From contig JACQSB010000002.1 in the NCBI GenBank assembly GCA_016206175.1, positions 1-52,788 of the forward strand: a stretch of 52,788 bases of DNA, written 5' to 3'. The position numbers and the translations under genes were made by a program. The notes under the pieces are model-generated. The model saw only the letters and a program-made list of their open reading frames with translations. It made no database searches and was not told the DNA's origin. Below, piece after piece: positions 37,857 through 47,406 of the stretch; position 1 is the stretch's first letter, and every line of letters starts with the position of its first letter. The stretch is from Candidatus Uhrbacteria bacterium (GTDB lineage Bacteria > Patescibacteriota > Patescibacteriia > JACQRZ01).

Positions 37857-38678
37857 ATGATTCTCTTATCCAATCATTTTACGGAAATTAAAAAGAGATT
37901 TACGGGGAGAAAGGTTGCTATTATGCTTGATTTCGACGGCACTCTTTCATCGATAGCTTCGACTCCTCAACGCGCTCGGATTCATGTCGGCATCAAAAAA
38001 GTACTGAAAAAGCTTTCTCAATCCCCCCATACTATGTATATCGTGAGCGGACGATCCGTTGCTGATGTCAAAAAAAAGATTGGCATAGCCAACGTGACAT
38101 ATGTAGGCAATCACGGTATGGAATGGGAGATGGGCGGTAGACGCAAAACCATTCCATTGCCACGTACCATAAAACAAGCTATAGGGAAAGCAAAACAAAA
38201 ACTGCGCATTATTCAAAAAAAGTTCCCCGGGATCCTCATTGAAGATAAACAGTTGGCAGTAGCGTTGCACTATCGCGGTATCAGGAAAACGGATGCAAAA
38301 TCGTTTCAGACACAGACTGCATCTCTTCTTGGCGAGCTGACACGAGATGAACACTTGAAGATCGGCAAGGGAAAAAAAGTATTTGAGCTGCTTCCGAATA
38401 TTGCGTGGAATAAAGGGTTTTTTGTGCGAATGATGGTAAAAACGGAATTAAAAAATATGGCACAGAAAGATATTATCTATATCGGTGACGATCAGACAGA
38501 CGAGGATGTTTTTCGTATTTTACCAAAAGCACTGACAATACGCGTTGGGAAAAATAAAAAAAGCGCGGCGCGTTATTATGTGCGTTCGCTGCAAAGTGTG
38601 TATCAGATTCTCACAATGCTGGTTTCCCGTTACCCGAGCGAGAGAAGTATTTTTAGAAACTCGGCTGACCAACGGTAG
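37857..38678 (+). CDS. otsB: Trehalose-6-phosphate phosphatase
   Basis: HAD motifs LDFDGTL, IVSGR, GNHGME, EDK...ALHYR, GKKVFEL.P..WNKG, YIGDDQTDED.F. Confidence 0.92.
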   Translation: MILLSNHFTEIKKRFTGRKVAIMLDFDGTLSSIASTPQRARIHVGIKKVLKKLSQSPHTMYIVSGRSVADVKKKIGIANVTYVGNHGMEWEMGGRRKTIPLPRTIKQAIGKAKQKLRIIQKKFPGILIEDKQLAVALHYRGIRKTDAKSFQTQTASLLGELTRDEHLKIGKGKKVFELLPNIAWNKGFFVRMMVKTELKNMAQKDIIYIGDDQTDEDVFRILPKALTIRVGKNKKSAARYYVRSLQSVYQILTMLVSRYPSERSIFRNSADQR

Positions 38679-40846
38679 ACATTATATCCACGAACAACCG
38701 CCCGGAGTTTTTTCATCCGTTTGTGTTGTTCGGATTGCGGCATACAGAGCGCGGCATGGATTGCGTCTGCCGTTTGTTCTCCATTATACGGATTTACGAT
38801 CAGCGCGTCCTTCAAATCTCGCGATGCGCCGGTGAATTGGCTTAAGATAAGCACGCCCTGTTCATCGTTTCTGCTTGCGACATATTCTTTGGCAACCAAA
38901 TTCATGCCATCATGCAACGATGTGACGAGGCAGACATTCGCCACGCGATACAATTCGTAAATTTCTTCATGCGTATGGTGGCGCTCCAATAAGGTGACGG
39001 GCCGCCACGTTCCTTTTTGAAAACGGGCATTTATTCTTTCAACTTCAGAGCGAACATCTTCGGCGAATTCGCGGTATTTTTGCACCGTTTCCCTGCTCGG
39101 GGAAGCGACTTGGATGAAAGAGAATTTTTCTTGATATGCAGGATACTTCGTAAGAAAAATTTCAATCGCTTTTAAGCGTTCAAGAATCCCTTTTGTGTAA
39201 TCCAAGCGGTCGACACCGATCCCGATAAACGTTGCATCGATATCCAACTTATTGAGCAGACGTTTGCGACTCTGTGTGTAATCCGCCTCCGCTTCATTGC
39301 CGTTAAAGAATGCAATGCTGATCGGGAATGTCCTGATAAGCGATGTATGGTCATGGCGCGTGATGGTAAACTGTTCGTAGTCGATCAGAGATTCGAGTTC
39401 TCTTCCGACCGTCTCGATAAAATTATTGCAATGCTGTTGCGTATGGAATCCTAGTAGGTCCGCGCCCAACATTCCTTCTAGCATCTCTTTTTTCCATGGG
39501 CAAATGGAAAAACTTTCCGGACCGACCCATGGGATGTGCCAAAAGATTCCGATCTGCGCATCAGGCCTACTCTTTTTGACCATGCTGGGGAGAAGGGCGA
39601 GGTGAAAATCCTGGACGAGCACGATTGGCTTTTCCTTTTTTTGTATTGCGTTTAACACCGTCTGCGCAAACTTGCCATTTACTTTCTTGTATTCAATCCA
39701 ATCTTCTTTCCTAAAAATTGGCCGCGTGTGCGCATGATGGAAAAGCGGCCAGAGGCCCTCGTTGGAAAATCCCCTATAGAACCCTTTATTTTCTTCCTCT
39801 GTCAGCCAGATGCGTTGGAGGACATATTTCGGATCATTCGGCGGAACAAGGATTTTGTTTTCCGCGTCAACTACCTCGCGGTCAGCTTCTCCGCTTCCAT
39901 AGGCGATCCAAGTGCCACCACATGCTTGCATGATCGGCTCAACAGCAGTCACCATGCCGCTTGCAGGCACATGATATGTGATTTCATTCCCCTTTTTTGT
40001 ATGGATATACGGTTCGCGATTTGATATTAAGACGATCGTTCTGTCTTTGGCGTTTTCAGTAACAAATTCTTTCAGCCGCTCCGCTGTCCACGGTGAAGCG
40101 AGGCGTTCAAGGCTTGATCTCGCTTCCTCTTGGGCGGCATGTCGCGCTTCCATAAGGTTGCGCCGCATTTTCGTTATTTCTTTTGTGATCGGAGAGAAAA
40201 ACCAAGATGCCGCTCCTCCTTTCCCATCATTGGTTTCTGACGGCGACTGTAAGGAACGGGCGATGCTTTTAATCGGTACAAAAATCAACCAGCGAAGAAT
40301 CACCACGACAGCGGCGACGATCAAAAAAATTTGTACTCCCAAGCGGAGTAGATTCCGTTTCCATATCTCATCCAAACGTGCGGCGATGTAGTCTGCATTT
40401 TGTACAACCATTACGGCGCCGATGACGCTCTGATCTTCGTGCATCGGCGAGGCGATGAGATACATTTTTTTTCCATCGATTGTTGCAAAACCGCCTCGCG
40501 CCGTATCTTCATCCATCGCAAATGGCGCGAACTGCTGCTCTGCTAAAGACTCTTTTGTAAGGTTTGGCGAAAGCAGAAGAATGGAATCTTGGTTATCATA
40601 AATGACAAGTCCCGCCAACCGTTCCCGATTCGCAAATTTTTCGACAATTTTTTGTAATGCTTTTTCCGACTTGTTGATGTTTGGTTCGATCGCTTCCTTA
40701 AATGATTCCGCAAGCAAAATTGATCGATATTCCAAGTCGCTCTTAAGGCGCTTTTCTTCTTGCTGTGCTTGGCTGATAGCAAGCGCGATACTTACTCCGG
40801 CAGCAATGAGCACAATAACGGAGAGTGCAGCTAGAAATTGTTTCAT
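38630..40846 (-). CDS. otsA: Trehalose-6-phosphate synthase with an N-terminal two-TM extracytoplasmic (Cache-like) domain
   Basis: GT20 motifs SNREPY, QDFHL, FWHIPW, GVDRLDYTKG, DGMNLVAKEY; N-terminal TM, ~140-aa loop, second TM and coiled linker; start MKQFL. Confidence 0.9.
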   Translation of the reverse strand: MKQFLAALSVIVLIAAGVSIALAISQAQQEEKRLKSDLEYRSILLAESFKEAIEPNINKSEKALQKIVEKFANRERLAGLVIYDNQDSILLLSPNLTKESLAEQQFAPFAMDEDTARGGFATIDGKKMYLIASPMHEDQSVIGAVMVVQNADYIAARLDEIWKRNLLRLGVQIFLIVAAVVVILRWLIFVPIKSIARSLQSPSETNDGKGGAASWFFSPITKEITKMRRNLMEARHAAQEEARSSLERLASPWTAERLKEFVTENAKDRTIVLISNREPYIHTKKGNEITYHVPASGMVTAVEPIMQACGGTWIAYGSGEADREVVDAENKILVPPNDPKYVLQRIWLTEEENKGFYRGFSNEGLWPLFHHAHTRPIFRKEDWIEYKKVNGKFAQTVLNAIQKKEKPIVLVQDFHLALLPSMVKKSRPDAQIGIFWHIPWVGPESFSICPWKKEMLEGMLGADLLGFHTQQHCNNFIETVGRELESLIDYEQFTITRHDHTSLIRTFPISIAFFNGNEAEADYTQSRKRLLNKLDIDATFIGIGVDRLDYTKGILERLKAIEIFLTKYPAYQEKFSFIQVASPSRETVQKYREFAEDVRSEVERINARFQKGTWRPVTLLERHHTHEEIYELYRVANVCLVTSLHDGMNLVAKEYVASRNDEQGVLILSQFTGASRDLKDALIVNPYNGEQTADAIHAALCMPQSEQHKRMKKLRAVVRGYNVYRWSAEFLKILLSLG

Positions 40847-40918
40847 GTGCAAAAGCCTAGCATGTGTACGCCACTTTGTCGATCCTCTTCTACTTATTAT
40901 ACAAGCATCCACTTCCTC

Positions 40919-40947
40919 TTGATCTTTTCAAAGAGCCGTGGTAAGAT
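40919..40947 (+). promoter_or_regulatory. Putative promoter of rpmF-nusB-rnc
   Basis: TTGATC-17 bp-TAAGAT with extended TG. Confidence 0.5.
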
Positions 40948-41025
40948 TCATTTTGCTTTTTGTTCTTAACACAATCTAGGGAGCGGATACTACCTCTTCG
41001 TCCCTCTCCCCTAGAACCATATTAT

Positions 41026-41244
41026 ATGGGATTACCTGGAAAACGGTTATCTCGGTCATCGAAACGGAGACGAGCATCTCACTTTGCGCTCTCCAAACGG
41101 GTCTTTGTCAAATGTTCGCACTGCGCCAAGCCGATCATGTCCCACCGCGTATGCGCGTACTGTGGACACTACAAAGAAAAAGAAATCGTCCCGCTCCGCG
41201 TACGAAAAACGGCGGTAAATGCCGAAGAACCAAAGACCGAATAA
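41026..41244 (+). CDS. rpmF: 50S ribosomal protein L32
   Basis: MGLPGKRLSRSSKRRRASH...CSHC...HRVCAYCGHY zinc ribbon. Confidence 0.95.
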   Translation: MGLPGKRLSRSSKRRRASHFALSKRVFVKCSHCAKPIMSHRVCAYCGHYKEKEIVPLRVRKTAVNAEEPKTE

Positions 41245-41256
41245 CACCACGAGTGT

Positions 41257-41751
41257 ATGGCCAATCGCTATCTCTCTCGGTCGTTAGCAGTACAGACTTT
41301 GTACGAATGGGATTTCCGTTCCTACGATCGAGAGAAGGCATCCGAGCTCATTACTTATAACTTCCAAGAGTTTGCGCCCGAGTTCAATGACGATGGATTC
41401 GCGCGCCATCTTGTGGAGGGTGTCCTCGAACATCAGGAGCCGATCGACGCTTTTATTGTGCAATACGCGCCGGAGTGGCCGCTTGCGCAAATCACAACCA
41501 TTGACCGCAATATCTTGCGCCTTGGGATTTATGAAATGGTCTACGACCAGGACATCCCCGCGCGCGTTGCTATCAATGAGAGCATAGAGCTTGCCAAAGC
41601 CTATGGAGGACCCTCATCTTCCAAGTTTATCAACGGCGTGCTTGGTTCGCTCTATAAAGATATCCTTCCGCAGATCCAAGAAAAGGAACTACGGCTAGAA
41701 AAAACACAAAAGGAAAAGAAACAGCCCAAAGAGAAAAAGGAAACTGAATGA
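41257..41751 (+). CDS. nusB: Transcription antitermination factor NusB
   Basis: [21 protein letters not shown]...[22 protein letters not shown]...S.KFINGVLG. Confidence 0.96.
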   Translation: MANRYLSRSLAVQTLYEWDFRSYDREKASELITYNFQEFAPEFNDDGFARHLVEGVLEHQEPIDAFIVQYAPEWPLAQITTIDRNILRLGIYEMVYDQDIPARVAINESIELAKAYGGPSSSKFINGVLGSLYKDILPQIQEKELRLEKTQKEKKQPKEKKETE

Positions 41752-42449
41752 GCATGGACAAGAATTTTAAGCTGCTGCAAAAAAAAATTAAGGTTTCATT
41801 TAAGAACGCTGATCTTTTGCGTCAGGCAATGGTGCACCGTTCTTATATTAACGAGAACCCAACGTTCCCTCTCGAACATAACGAACGCCTGGAGTTTCTA
41901 GGCGACGCGGTGCTCGAGCTCGTTGTCACTGATTATTTATACCGTACGTTTTCAACCGCGGCAGAAGGAGAGATGACAAATTGGCGCGCAAGTTTGGTGA
42001 ATAGCAAGATGCTTGCCGAGGTGGCGCATGAGCTTGAGGTGGAGCCGTTGCTGTATTTGAGCCGCGGTGAATCAAAAGGTTCGACGAAAGCGCGCAATTA
42101 TATTCTCACCAATTCGTTGGAAGCCCTCATTGGCGCAATCTATCTTGATCGCGGTTACGGAGCAGCGGAGAAATTTATTTCCGCCTTTATCCTCACCAAG
42201 CTGCCGATGGTTTTTGAGAAGCGTCTTGATGTGGATCCGAAGAGCAGATTTCAAGAGCTCGCGCAGGAAAAAATGAAAATAACGCCACGCTATCAAGTGT
42301 TGCACGAAGAAGGTCCTGATCATGCAAAGATATTTCAAATCGGAATATTTCTTGGCGATAAACTCGTTGCTCAAGGGCAAGGCTCAAGTAAGCAGGAAGC
42401 GCAGGAACAAGCCGCTACACGCGCGCTGGAAGCGAGCGGCTGGGAGTAA
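41748..42449 (+). CDS. rnc: Ribonuclease III
   Basis: [27 protein letters not shown], ds[11 protein letters not shown]...[12 protein letters not shown]. Confidence 0.97.
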   Translation: MSMDKNFKLLQKKIKVSFKNADLLRQAMVHRSYINENPTFPLEHNERLEFLGDAVLELVVTDYLYRTFSTAAEGEMTNWRASLVNSKMLAEVAHELEVEPLLYLSRGESKGSTKARNYILTNSLEALIGAIYLDRGYGAAEKFISAFILTKLPMVFEKRLDVDPKSRFQELAQEKMKITPRYQVLHEEGPDHAKIFQIGIFLGDKLVAQGQGSSKQEAQEQAATRALEASGWE

Positions 42450-42500
42450 ATGAGAACGCAATGTAATGTGCGGGAGCGGAGACAGACTGTGTCGTGCCAA

Positions 42501-42530
42501 CTTGTCCTCCGAAGCCTTGGCAAGGAGGGA
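42501..42530. repeat. Short palindromic REP-like element (CCTCCGAAGCCTTGGC(G)AAGGAGG type)
   Basis: CTTGTCCTCCGAAGCCTTGGCAAGGAGGGA between convergent genes; a related copy lies at 44722-44752. Confidence 0.65.
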
Positions 42531-42533
42531 GCT

Positions 42534-43055
42534 TTACGCGGAGTCTGATCGTTTGCGGTCCGCCTCGAGCGTTTTAAGGATCTGCGCTACGATCCCGTAA
42601 GGATCCGGCACTTGGCGGAACGCGAAACGTTCATGAGTTCCGGCGGTCTGGATATACACGTTGCCATAATTGAAAATCGTGGGGAGGACTCCTTTCACTT
42701 CGGCAGTGACGTCTTGAATGCGCGAAATTTCTTGTTTTGCTATGACGCGAAAGAAGAGCGCTTTTTGCTGGATGTCGACAATATGCTTGTCTGTGACAAT
42801 CCAAATGTCGAGGAAATAGTCAAAGAATGAATACAAAATAAAGAGCAGAACATAAGCGTAGTAGACCGTGCCAAATAATTTGACAATCAGTTGTAGCGCA
42901 TCGCCGCTCGGCAGAGGGTAGTCAAGCAATTTTGTTACGAGCGCAAATAGAGTGGGAAGCGAAAGGAGCACGAGAAACATGAAGATATGGACCAAAAATG
43001 TGATCGGATCCCGTCGTACTTTGAGGATGGTATGTTCGTTGTTGAATAGAGACAT
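42534..43055 (-). CDS. Membrane protein with a bacterial PH domain
   Basis: Two TM helices, then WIVTDKHIVDIQQKALF...RIQDVT...FNYGNVYIQTAG...F..VPDP. Confidence 0.85.
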   Translation of the reverse strand: MSLFNNEHTILKVRRDPITFLVHIFMFLVLLSLPTLFALVTKLLDYPLPSGDALQLIVKLFGTVYYAYVLLFILYSFFDYFLDIWIVTDKHIVDIQQKALFFRVIAKQEISRIQDVTAEVKGVLPTIFNYGNVYIQTAGTHERFAFRQVPDPYGIVAQILKTLEADRKRSDSA

Positions 43056-43067
43056 ACGAATAGAGCG

Positions 43068-43304
43068 CTAGTAGTCAAAAAAAATAGACGGGCGGACAAA
43101 ATCCCACTTTACTTTACTCGTTGCGGCAGTAGTGATTCCTGATACAACGATCGGCAGAGATATCAGGAAATATCCGATGATGACTATCCATACGGTCAGA
43201 GACAAGCCATTGTACTTTATTAAAAAAAAGATAGTGAGGATACTCAAGAGCAGCCAGAAGAATAGCATTACTCCGAAGATGGAAAAAACGATTGTTCCGA
43301 TCAT
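43068..43304 (-). CDS. Small two-TM hypothetical protein
   Basis: Hydrophobic ORF from MIGTIV, 13 nt after the argS stop. Confidence 0.55.
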   Translation of the reverse strand: MIGTIVFSIFGVMLFFWLLLSILTIFFLIKYNGLSLTVWIVIIGYFLISLPIVVSGITTAATSKVKWDFVRPSIFFDY

Positions 43305-43317
43305 ATTTCTTGCGATG

Positions 43318-45141
43318 TTACATTTCTTCGAGTGTCTTGATGCCGAGTAAAGCAAGTCCGTCTTTTAATATCCTGGCGATCGCAACGACGATACAGAGTC
43401 GTTGATCGCGTATCTGCTTTTCGGCAGCAAGGATTGGGTGCGAGTGATAGTATTCATTCGCCGTTTTTGCGAGCTCGTACAAGTAGCGGGCAAGTTGCGA
43501 TGGATCGTAGTGTTCGGCAGCTTCTCGAAGCGTAGTCGGATATTTCGCAAGAGAGATGATGAGCCGTTTTTCTGCACGCCAATCATACTGTGTCGATATG
43601 CTTTTTTTTAGAATGGCTGTTTCGGCAGTTTTTGATTTTTTGATAATACTTTTGAGGCGCGCATAGGTGTATTGGAGATAGGGGCCGGTGCGTCCCTGGA
43701 ATGAGAGCGATTCTTTTGGATTAAATACCATGTCTGAACGAGGCGTCACTTCAAGAATAAAAAATTTCAACGCGGCAAGTGCGATGATCTGTGCTCGGCG
43801 CGCACGTTCTTTTTTTGAAAGGGATGTCCGTTCATCAAGCTCTTTCCCCACCATATCGGCAAGCTCTGCTAAAAGATCATCGATATCTACAACAGTACCC
43901 TCTCTCGATTTCATTCGGCCTTCCGGAAGATTGACGATGCCATAGCTGATGTGCGCAAGACCTCGCACCTGTTTTGGATCAATGAGTTCAAGCACCTTGA
44001 AGAGTTGCTTGAAATACAAATCCTGTTCTGATCCCACAACATAGAGTGTTGAGTGTGCTCGGAAGTCTTTCTGGCGTTTTTGGGCAAGATACATATCTTG
44101 CGTGATATAGAGGCTTGTCCCATCGCTTCGGAGGAGTACCTTGTCTGGCAGGTCGTGCTTTTCAAGTCTCGCGATAACTGCTCCACTCACGTCTTTTGCG
44201 AGGTGGCCATCCTTTACCGCGCGCTCAATAATTTCTTTCCCCTTTTTATAGATACTGCTTTCGAAATAGATTTTATCAAATGATAGGCCGAGCGAAGCAA
44301 ATGTTTCCTTGAATCCTCCGAGCACCCACGTATTCATTTTTTTCCAAAGCGCGCGTGTTGCTTTGTCGTCTGCTTCCCATTGCAAGAGGCACTCTTTTGC
44401 ACGGTCTTCTATTTTTGAGTTTTCTTTTCTAAGTGTTTCATATAATACGTAATAATCTCCAACGAAATGGTCTCCTTTTTTCTTTGTGCTTGCCGGTGTC
44501 GGCAGTTTTTGTGTTTTGAGTTTTGTATTTTCAAGGTATGCCACCATCGATTTACAAATGTGGATACCGCGGTCATTGACCAAGCAAGTCTTGATTACAC
44601 GTTTTCCCGCGGCTTTCAAGAGCCGTGCTATGCTGTCTCCCAAAAAGCCATTGCGCGCATGTCCGAGGTGGATCGGTTTGTTGGTATTCGGAGACACATA
44701 TTCAATAACGACTGTTTCGTACCCTCCTTCGCGCAAGACTTCGAAGGGCACGTGGCCGAACTGTTTCGACGCGGTAATTTCGTCCAATACCCGTGCTGCG
44801 GTTAAGGAGGGTTGCAGATAGATATTGAGGTACGGTCCCACAGCTTGCACATTTTCGATAAGCGGATGAGAGATTTCTCTTTGGAGTAATATTGCGATTT
44901 GCGCGGGGTTTTGTTTGAAAGCGCGCGCAAGGGTAAAACAAGGAATAGCGATATCGCCGAACTTCGAGTCTGGTGGTATTTCAAATGTAATACTGTCTGG
45001 CGAGAGCGGTATTCCTTGCATGGAGCTTGCAACGCGGTGGATCGCTTCTGCTATCTCGCGCTGCAATTCGGAAAAAGGCTCTGAAAATCGTTGACATCGC
45101 TCCTTTTTATCCTGTTTCTTGCTTTTTTTGTATGATATCAT
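43318..45141 (-). CDS. argS: Arginine--tRNA ligase (start uncertain)
   Basis: FGDIAIPCF, GPYLN, EYVSPNTNKPIHLGHARN, RSDGTSLY, YVVGSEQ, MKSREG, GPYLQYTYAR, terminal LEEM. Confidence 0.96.
   Translation of the reverse strand: MISYKKSKKQDKKERCQRFSEPFSELQREIAEAIHRVASSMQGIPLSPDSITFEIPPDSKFGDIAIPCFTLARAFKQNPAQIAILLQREISHPLIENVQAVGPYLNIYLQPSLTAARVLDEITASKQFGHVPFEVLREGGYETVVIEYVSPNTNKPIHLGHARNGFLGDSIARLLKAAGKRVIKTCLVNDRGIHICKSMVAYLENTKLKTQKLPTPASTKKKGDHFVGDYYVLYETLRKENSKIEDRAKECLLQWEADDKATRALWKKMNTWVLGGFKETFASLGLSFDKIYFESSIYKKGKEIIERAVKDGHLAKDVSGAVIARLEKHDLPDKVLLRSDGTSLYITQDMYLAQKRQKDFRAHSTLYVVGSEQDLYFKQLFKVLELIDPKQVRGLAHISYGIVNLPEGRMKSREGTVVDIDDLLAELADMVGKELDERTSLSKKERARRAQIIALAALKFFILEVTPRSDMVFNPKESLSFQGRTGPYLQYTYARLKSIIKKSKTAETAILKKSISTQYDWRAEKRLIISLAKYPTTLREAAEHYDPSQLARYLYELAKTANEYYHSHPILAAEKQIRDQRLCIVVAIARILKDGLALLGIKTLEEM
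44504..44531 (-). repeat. Heptamer tandem (AAAATAC-AAAACTC-AAAACAC-AAAAACT) inside argS
   Basis: Four 7-nt units encoding part of ENTKLKTQKL. Confidence 0.55.
44722..44752. repeat. REP-like palindrome inside the argS coding sequence
   Basis: CCCTCCTTCGCGCAAGACTTCGAAGGGCACG aligns with the reverse complement of 42501-42529 (25 of 31 positions by hand). Confidence 0.65.
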
Positions 45142-45202
45142 AGTGTAAGCGCTACCCCATTGTATCCTTTCAGTGGTGAGAGGGCAAGACGATCCAAATG
45201 AT

Positions 45203-45934
45203 ATGTCTACCGTTTCCGTTTCACATCTTACGAAAAAATTTTCTCGCATCGTAGCGGTTGATGACATTTCTTTTTCTATTGAGGAGGGAAGCATCACCGG
45301 TTTTGTCGGTCCTAACGGAGCTGGCAAGACGACGACGATTCAAATGATGCTTGATCTCATTACACCGAGTAGCGGGAATATCAAAATATTCGACAAAGAA
45401 CTGCATTCGCATAGGGAAGAGATTCTCCAGAGAATGAATTTTTCTTCGCCGTACATCAATCTACCGTATAACCTTACGGTGCGCGAGAATCTTCTCACGT
45501 TCGCTCGGTTCTATGGAGTGAAGCACCCCATGAGGCGCATCCAAGAGCTCGCGGATTTTTTTGATATCACATCGCTGCTTGGCATGATGACGCGTTCACT
45601 TTCTAGTGGGCAGCTTGCGCGCGTCAATCTTACCAAAGCATTACTCAACAGCCCTTCCCTGCTGTTGCTCGATGAGCCAACGGCATCGCTTGATCCTGAC
45701 ATTGCGGATAGGACTCGTGCGATGCTGCGCGATATTCACACAAAGCATCATATCACCATGTTGTATACTTCTCACAACATGGTTGAGGTGGAAGAAATGT
45801 GCGATCGGGTACTATTTATCAACGAAGGAAAAATCGTCGATGACGGAAGTCCGCGTGCGCTTGCTGCCAAGTATGGCCGCCGAGACATGAATGAAGTATT
45901 TTTAACGATTGCCCGTGGCAACTCCTCTGTATGA
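45203..45934 (+). CDS. ABC transporter ATP-binding protein
   Basis: GPNGAGKTT, LSSGQ, LLLDEPT, TSHNM.E.E. Confidence 0.95.
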   Translation: MSTVSVSHLTKKFSRIVAVDDISFSIEEGSITGFVGPNGAGKTTTIQMMLDLITPSSGNIKIFDKELHSHREEILQRMNFSSPYINLPYNLTVRENLLTFARFYGVKHPMRRIQELADFFDITSLLGMMTRSLSSGQLARVNLTKALLNSPSLLLLDEPTASLDPDIADRTRAMLRDIHTKHHITMLYTSHNMVEVEEMCDRVLFINEGKIVDDGSPRALAAKYGRRDMNEVFLTIARGNSSV

Positions 45935-46719
45935 AACTCCATCGGATCACGGCAATCATCATACGGCATTTATATCTGTATAAGCGGAGTTTTCCTCGGC
46001 TCATGGACTTGCTGTATTGGCCCGCACTTGATGTCTTGCTCTGGGGATTTATCAGTATGTATCTCGGGTCTGTTGCCGGCTCGGTACCGAATGCGCTGAC
46101 ACTCTTTTTGGGCGCACTCATTTTATGGAATCTATTGAACCAAGCGCAGAAAGGTGTGTCGATTACGTTCCTCGAAGAAGTATGGGCGCGCAATTTGCTT
46201 AATATGTTCGTCACACCACTGACTGTATCGGAATTTTTATCCGCCAGTTTCCTGCTCGGTGTCATACGCATTGTGATCGTTACGGTCGTTATGGCGGCAC
46301 TGTCGTTTCTTTTCTATGCGTTTAACCTTTTTCAATTTGGGCTCTTCCTCATTCCATTTATTTCACTGCTGCTCGTTTTTGGATGGGTGCTGGGCGTGTT
46401 TACGACCGGCTTGATTTTACGGTATGGGTCTGCCGCACAAGTGTTGGCGTTCGGATTTGTTTTATTGATACAGCCATTCAGCGCCGTATTCTATCCGGTG
46501 TCTGTCATTCCGGAATCAGTACGATGGATAGCATACCTTGTGCCATCTACGTATGTATTTGAGGGCATGCGAGCTGTCATCGCCTCGGGAATAATCCCCG
46601 GCTCCTTGTTGTTCGGCGCCGTGCTTTCTACATCGATATTCTCCGTACTGTCGTGGCTTTACTTCTTGCGTATGTTTGCACACGCGAAAGTGAACGGTGC
46701 GCTTATGAAGTTGGACTAA
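45931..46719 (+). CDS. ABC-2 type permease
   Basis: Six TM helices, FSAVFYPVSVIP...PSTYVFEGMR; ATGA overlap with the ATPase. Confidence 0.92.
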   Translation: MKLHRITAIIIRHLYLYKRSFPRLMDLLYWPALDVLLWGFISMYLGSVAGSVPNALTLFLGALILWNLLNQAQKGVSITFLEEVWARNLLNMFVTPLTVSEFLSASFLLGVIRIVIVTVVMAALSFLFYAFNLFQFGLFLIPFISLLLVFGWVLGVFTTGLILRYGSAAQVLAFGFVLLIQPFSAVFYPVSVIPESVRWIAYLVPSTYVFEGMRAVIASGIIPGSLLFGAVLSTSIFSVLSWLYFLRMFAHAKVNGALMKLD

Positions 46720-46733
46720 CGGACCTCGGAACT

Positions 46734-47393
46734 TCAGCGTGCCCTTTTTGGAATTTTTTTGATAAATGGAGTGACGAACTCCGCGTTTTGTTCCGCTTTT
46801 CCTGTGCGATCGATAATGCCACGGAAAATGATCGTGTGATATCCTTGCTGCCGTCTTTGCAGGATAAAATCCTGCAAAGCTTCGTTTTCCTTTCTGATGG
46901 TATTGAGCATATTTGCGGGAAACACACTCGGGTCGGCAATGTGATCTCCCCATGCAGTGAATCTGAACTCCATTTGCACGGGCACGTACCCTTCTTTTTG
47001 CAGCGCAGAAACTGGCTTGTTAGCAAAAAATGACCCGAGATTAAACCGGCGAAAAACAGCTACCCCATGACCTTGCTTTAAGGTTTTTGTAGTGGGATTA
47101 TATTCGCCGCGCGCAAGACGCACGTCATACCCATTGCGGATTGCATCATGGATGTAGTTTCGGATTGTCTGCGCATAGCTTAACGAGGGATCGTTATCGG
47201 TTTGGATGCCTACTGTTTCGAGCTCTCGCTCCTTTCTGTAATAATGCTTATCGTAGGGCGTACTGCCTGCGAAATCATCTTTTCTGTTTCCAATAAAATA
47301 GTATCCGCGTGCAAGAAGCTGCTCTGGCGAGTATTTCGTATAGGGCCGCTCCCTCATCTCGACAAAGATGGGTTCGCGTCTTTCATGTGGCAT
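46734..47393 (-). CDS. Hypothetical protein made of two related ~100-aa units
   Basis: LLARGYYFI / LQKEGYVPV and IRNYIHDAIRNGYDVRLARG / LQDFILQRRQQGYHTIIFRG. Confidence 0.7.
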   Translation of the reverse strand: MPHERREPIFVEMRERPYTKYSPEQLLARGYYFIGNRKDDFAGSTPYDKHYYRKERELETVGIQTDNDPSLSYAQTIRNYIHDAIRNGYDVRLARGEYNPTTKTLKQGHGVAVFRRFNLGSFFANKPVSALQKEGYVPVQMEFRFTAWGDHIADPSVFPANMLNTIRKENEALQDFILQRRQQGYHTIIFRGIIDRTGKAEQNAEFVTPFIKKIPKRAR

Positions 47394-47406
47394 ACCAATG
47401 GAAAAC

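Noticed and set aside
45142-45327. Extended argS N-terminus
   Set aside because: It overlaps the divergent ABC ATPase gene and its promoter region.
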